A stretch of 64,000 nucleotides of DNA from an uncultured virus (IMG/VR IMGVR_UViG_3300021255_004486). Taxonomy: Duplodnaviria > Heunggongvirae > Uroviricota > Caudoviricetes. Of this stretch, positions 63,254 to 64,000 are shown piece by piece. The position numbers and the translations under genes were made by a program. Each line of letters starts with the position of its first letter. The first letter of the stretch is position 1. Location: the IMG/VR virus record IMGVR_UViG_3300021255_004486. One strand, given 5' to 3'. The notes under the pieces were generated by a model. It had not been told where the DNA came from, ran no database searches, and saw only the letters and a program-made list of their open reading frames with translations.

Positions 63254-64000
63254 ATGGATAGCAACACAATTTTTGACCAGGCAATCGCGCGCGGAATATC
63301 TGAAAGATTTCCCGAAGGAATGCCGGAAGGTTACAAAGAAAGGCTTGATTATGAAGTAAATATAATCAAGTCTATGGGATACGTAGACTACCACCTGGTA
63401 GTAAAAGACTTCCTTGAGTATGGAAGACTTTTGGGATACGTTCCCAAAGACAAAATGGCAGAAGCCCCGCTTACCATCAAAGACCTTGAGGAATACATCA
63501 AGGTAAACGGATGGGAGAACGGTGGTATGCGTATCGGCCCCGGAAGAGGCTCCGCAGTTGGTTCACTTGCTTGCTACCTTCTTGGTATAACGGCACTTGA
63601 TCCAATCAAGTACAATCTGCTGTTTGAGAGGTTCTTGAACCCCGAACGTATATCGATGCCCGATATCGATTCCGATATGTCAGCTACAACTCGTGGCAAG
63701 GTGATCGAATACGTGAAGAATAAGTACGGCGAAGGTGCCGTATGTGGAATAATGACACTGACGACACAGGCTCCCAAAGGTGCTGTTCAGATGTGTGCAA
63801 AGTTCTACGGTTTAAGGACGTATAAAGAGCCCATGACAAGCCTCGGTGCAACGATATCTAAGGATATCCCCGCAGCTCCCGGTACATCTTTTGCAACAAA
63901 GATCGATAAGGAGTCGGGAAAGATCGATGCAGAGAGCGATCTTACGCTTTATGATTATCTTCTTAACAAGTATGCATCCAACAAAGATGCTGTTGAGATA
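63254..64000 (+). CDS. dnaE: DnaE polymerase-core part (runs off window)
   Basis: Manual translation MDSNTIFDQ...ERLDYE...GPGRGSAVGSL...GITALDP...LLFERFLNPERISMPDIDSD; own GGAGG RBS. Confidence 0.9.
   Translation, partial: MDSNTIFDQAIARGISERFPEGMPEGYKERLDYEVNIIKSMGYVDYHLVVKDFLEYGRLLGYVPKDKMAEAPLTIKDLEEYIKVNGWENGGMRIGPGRGSAVGSLACYLLGITALDPIKYNLLFERFLNPERISMPDIDSDMSATTRGKVIEYVKNKYGEGAVCGIMTLTTQAPKGAVQMCAKFYGLRTYKEPMTSLGATISKDIPAAPGTSFATKIDKESGKIDAESDLTLYDYLLNKYASNKDAVEI

Noticed and set aside
63238..63254. Split intein or intron between the dnaE halves
   Set aside because: The gap is only 15 nt, and no intein-like termini are visible at the split.

Overview
This window looks like part of a large extrachromosomal element (jumbo phage, phage-plasmid or megaplasmid) of a Firmicutes host, probably Clostridia/Lachnospiraceae-like. 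No capsid, terminase, relaxase or rRNA genes are recognisable here, so the element type is not settled. The main find is at 1-4476: a shufflon-like multiple-inversion system. It has at least 15 alternative C-terminal cassettes (14 complete, one cut by the window edge). Each begins at a shared CTTTTATTAT(G) site (F-Y-Y) and ends in Y/F-L-L/I-K-stop. They are arranged as seven convergent pairs whose stop regions overlap on a two-strand palindrome, next to a short constant N-terminus and a divergent, intact tyrosine recombinase. Also present: a 32-tRNA array covering all 20 amino acids with rare anticodons (Pro-AGG, Leu-AAG, Ile-TAT); a bipartite promoter-like motif with fixed 22-nt spacing (upstream box in about 17 copies) plus an element-encoded sigma factor; several candidate structured ncRNAs, one of about 700 nt; an IscB/omegaRNA element inserted between an RBS and its ATG; thyA, guanylate kinase, PhoH, a hybrid histidine kinase with a PilZ protein, a ParM/ParR-like pair, two RecD2-like helicases, an SbcC-like ATPase, primase and a DnaE split into two genes. 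All calls come from reading the sequence; no database searches were run.
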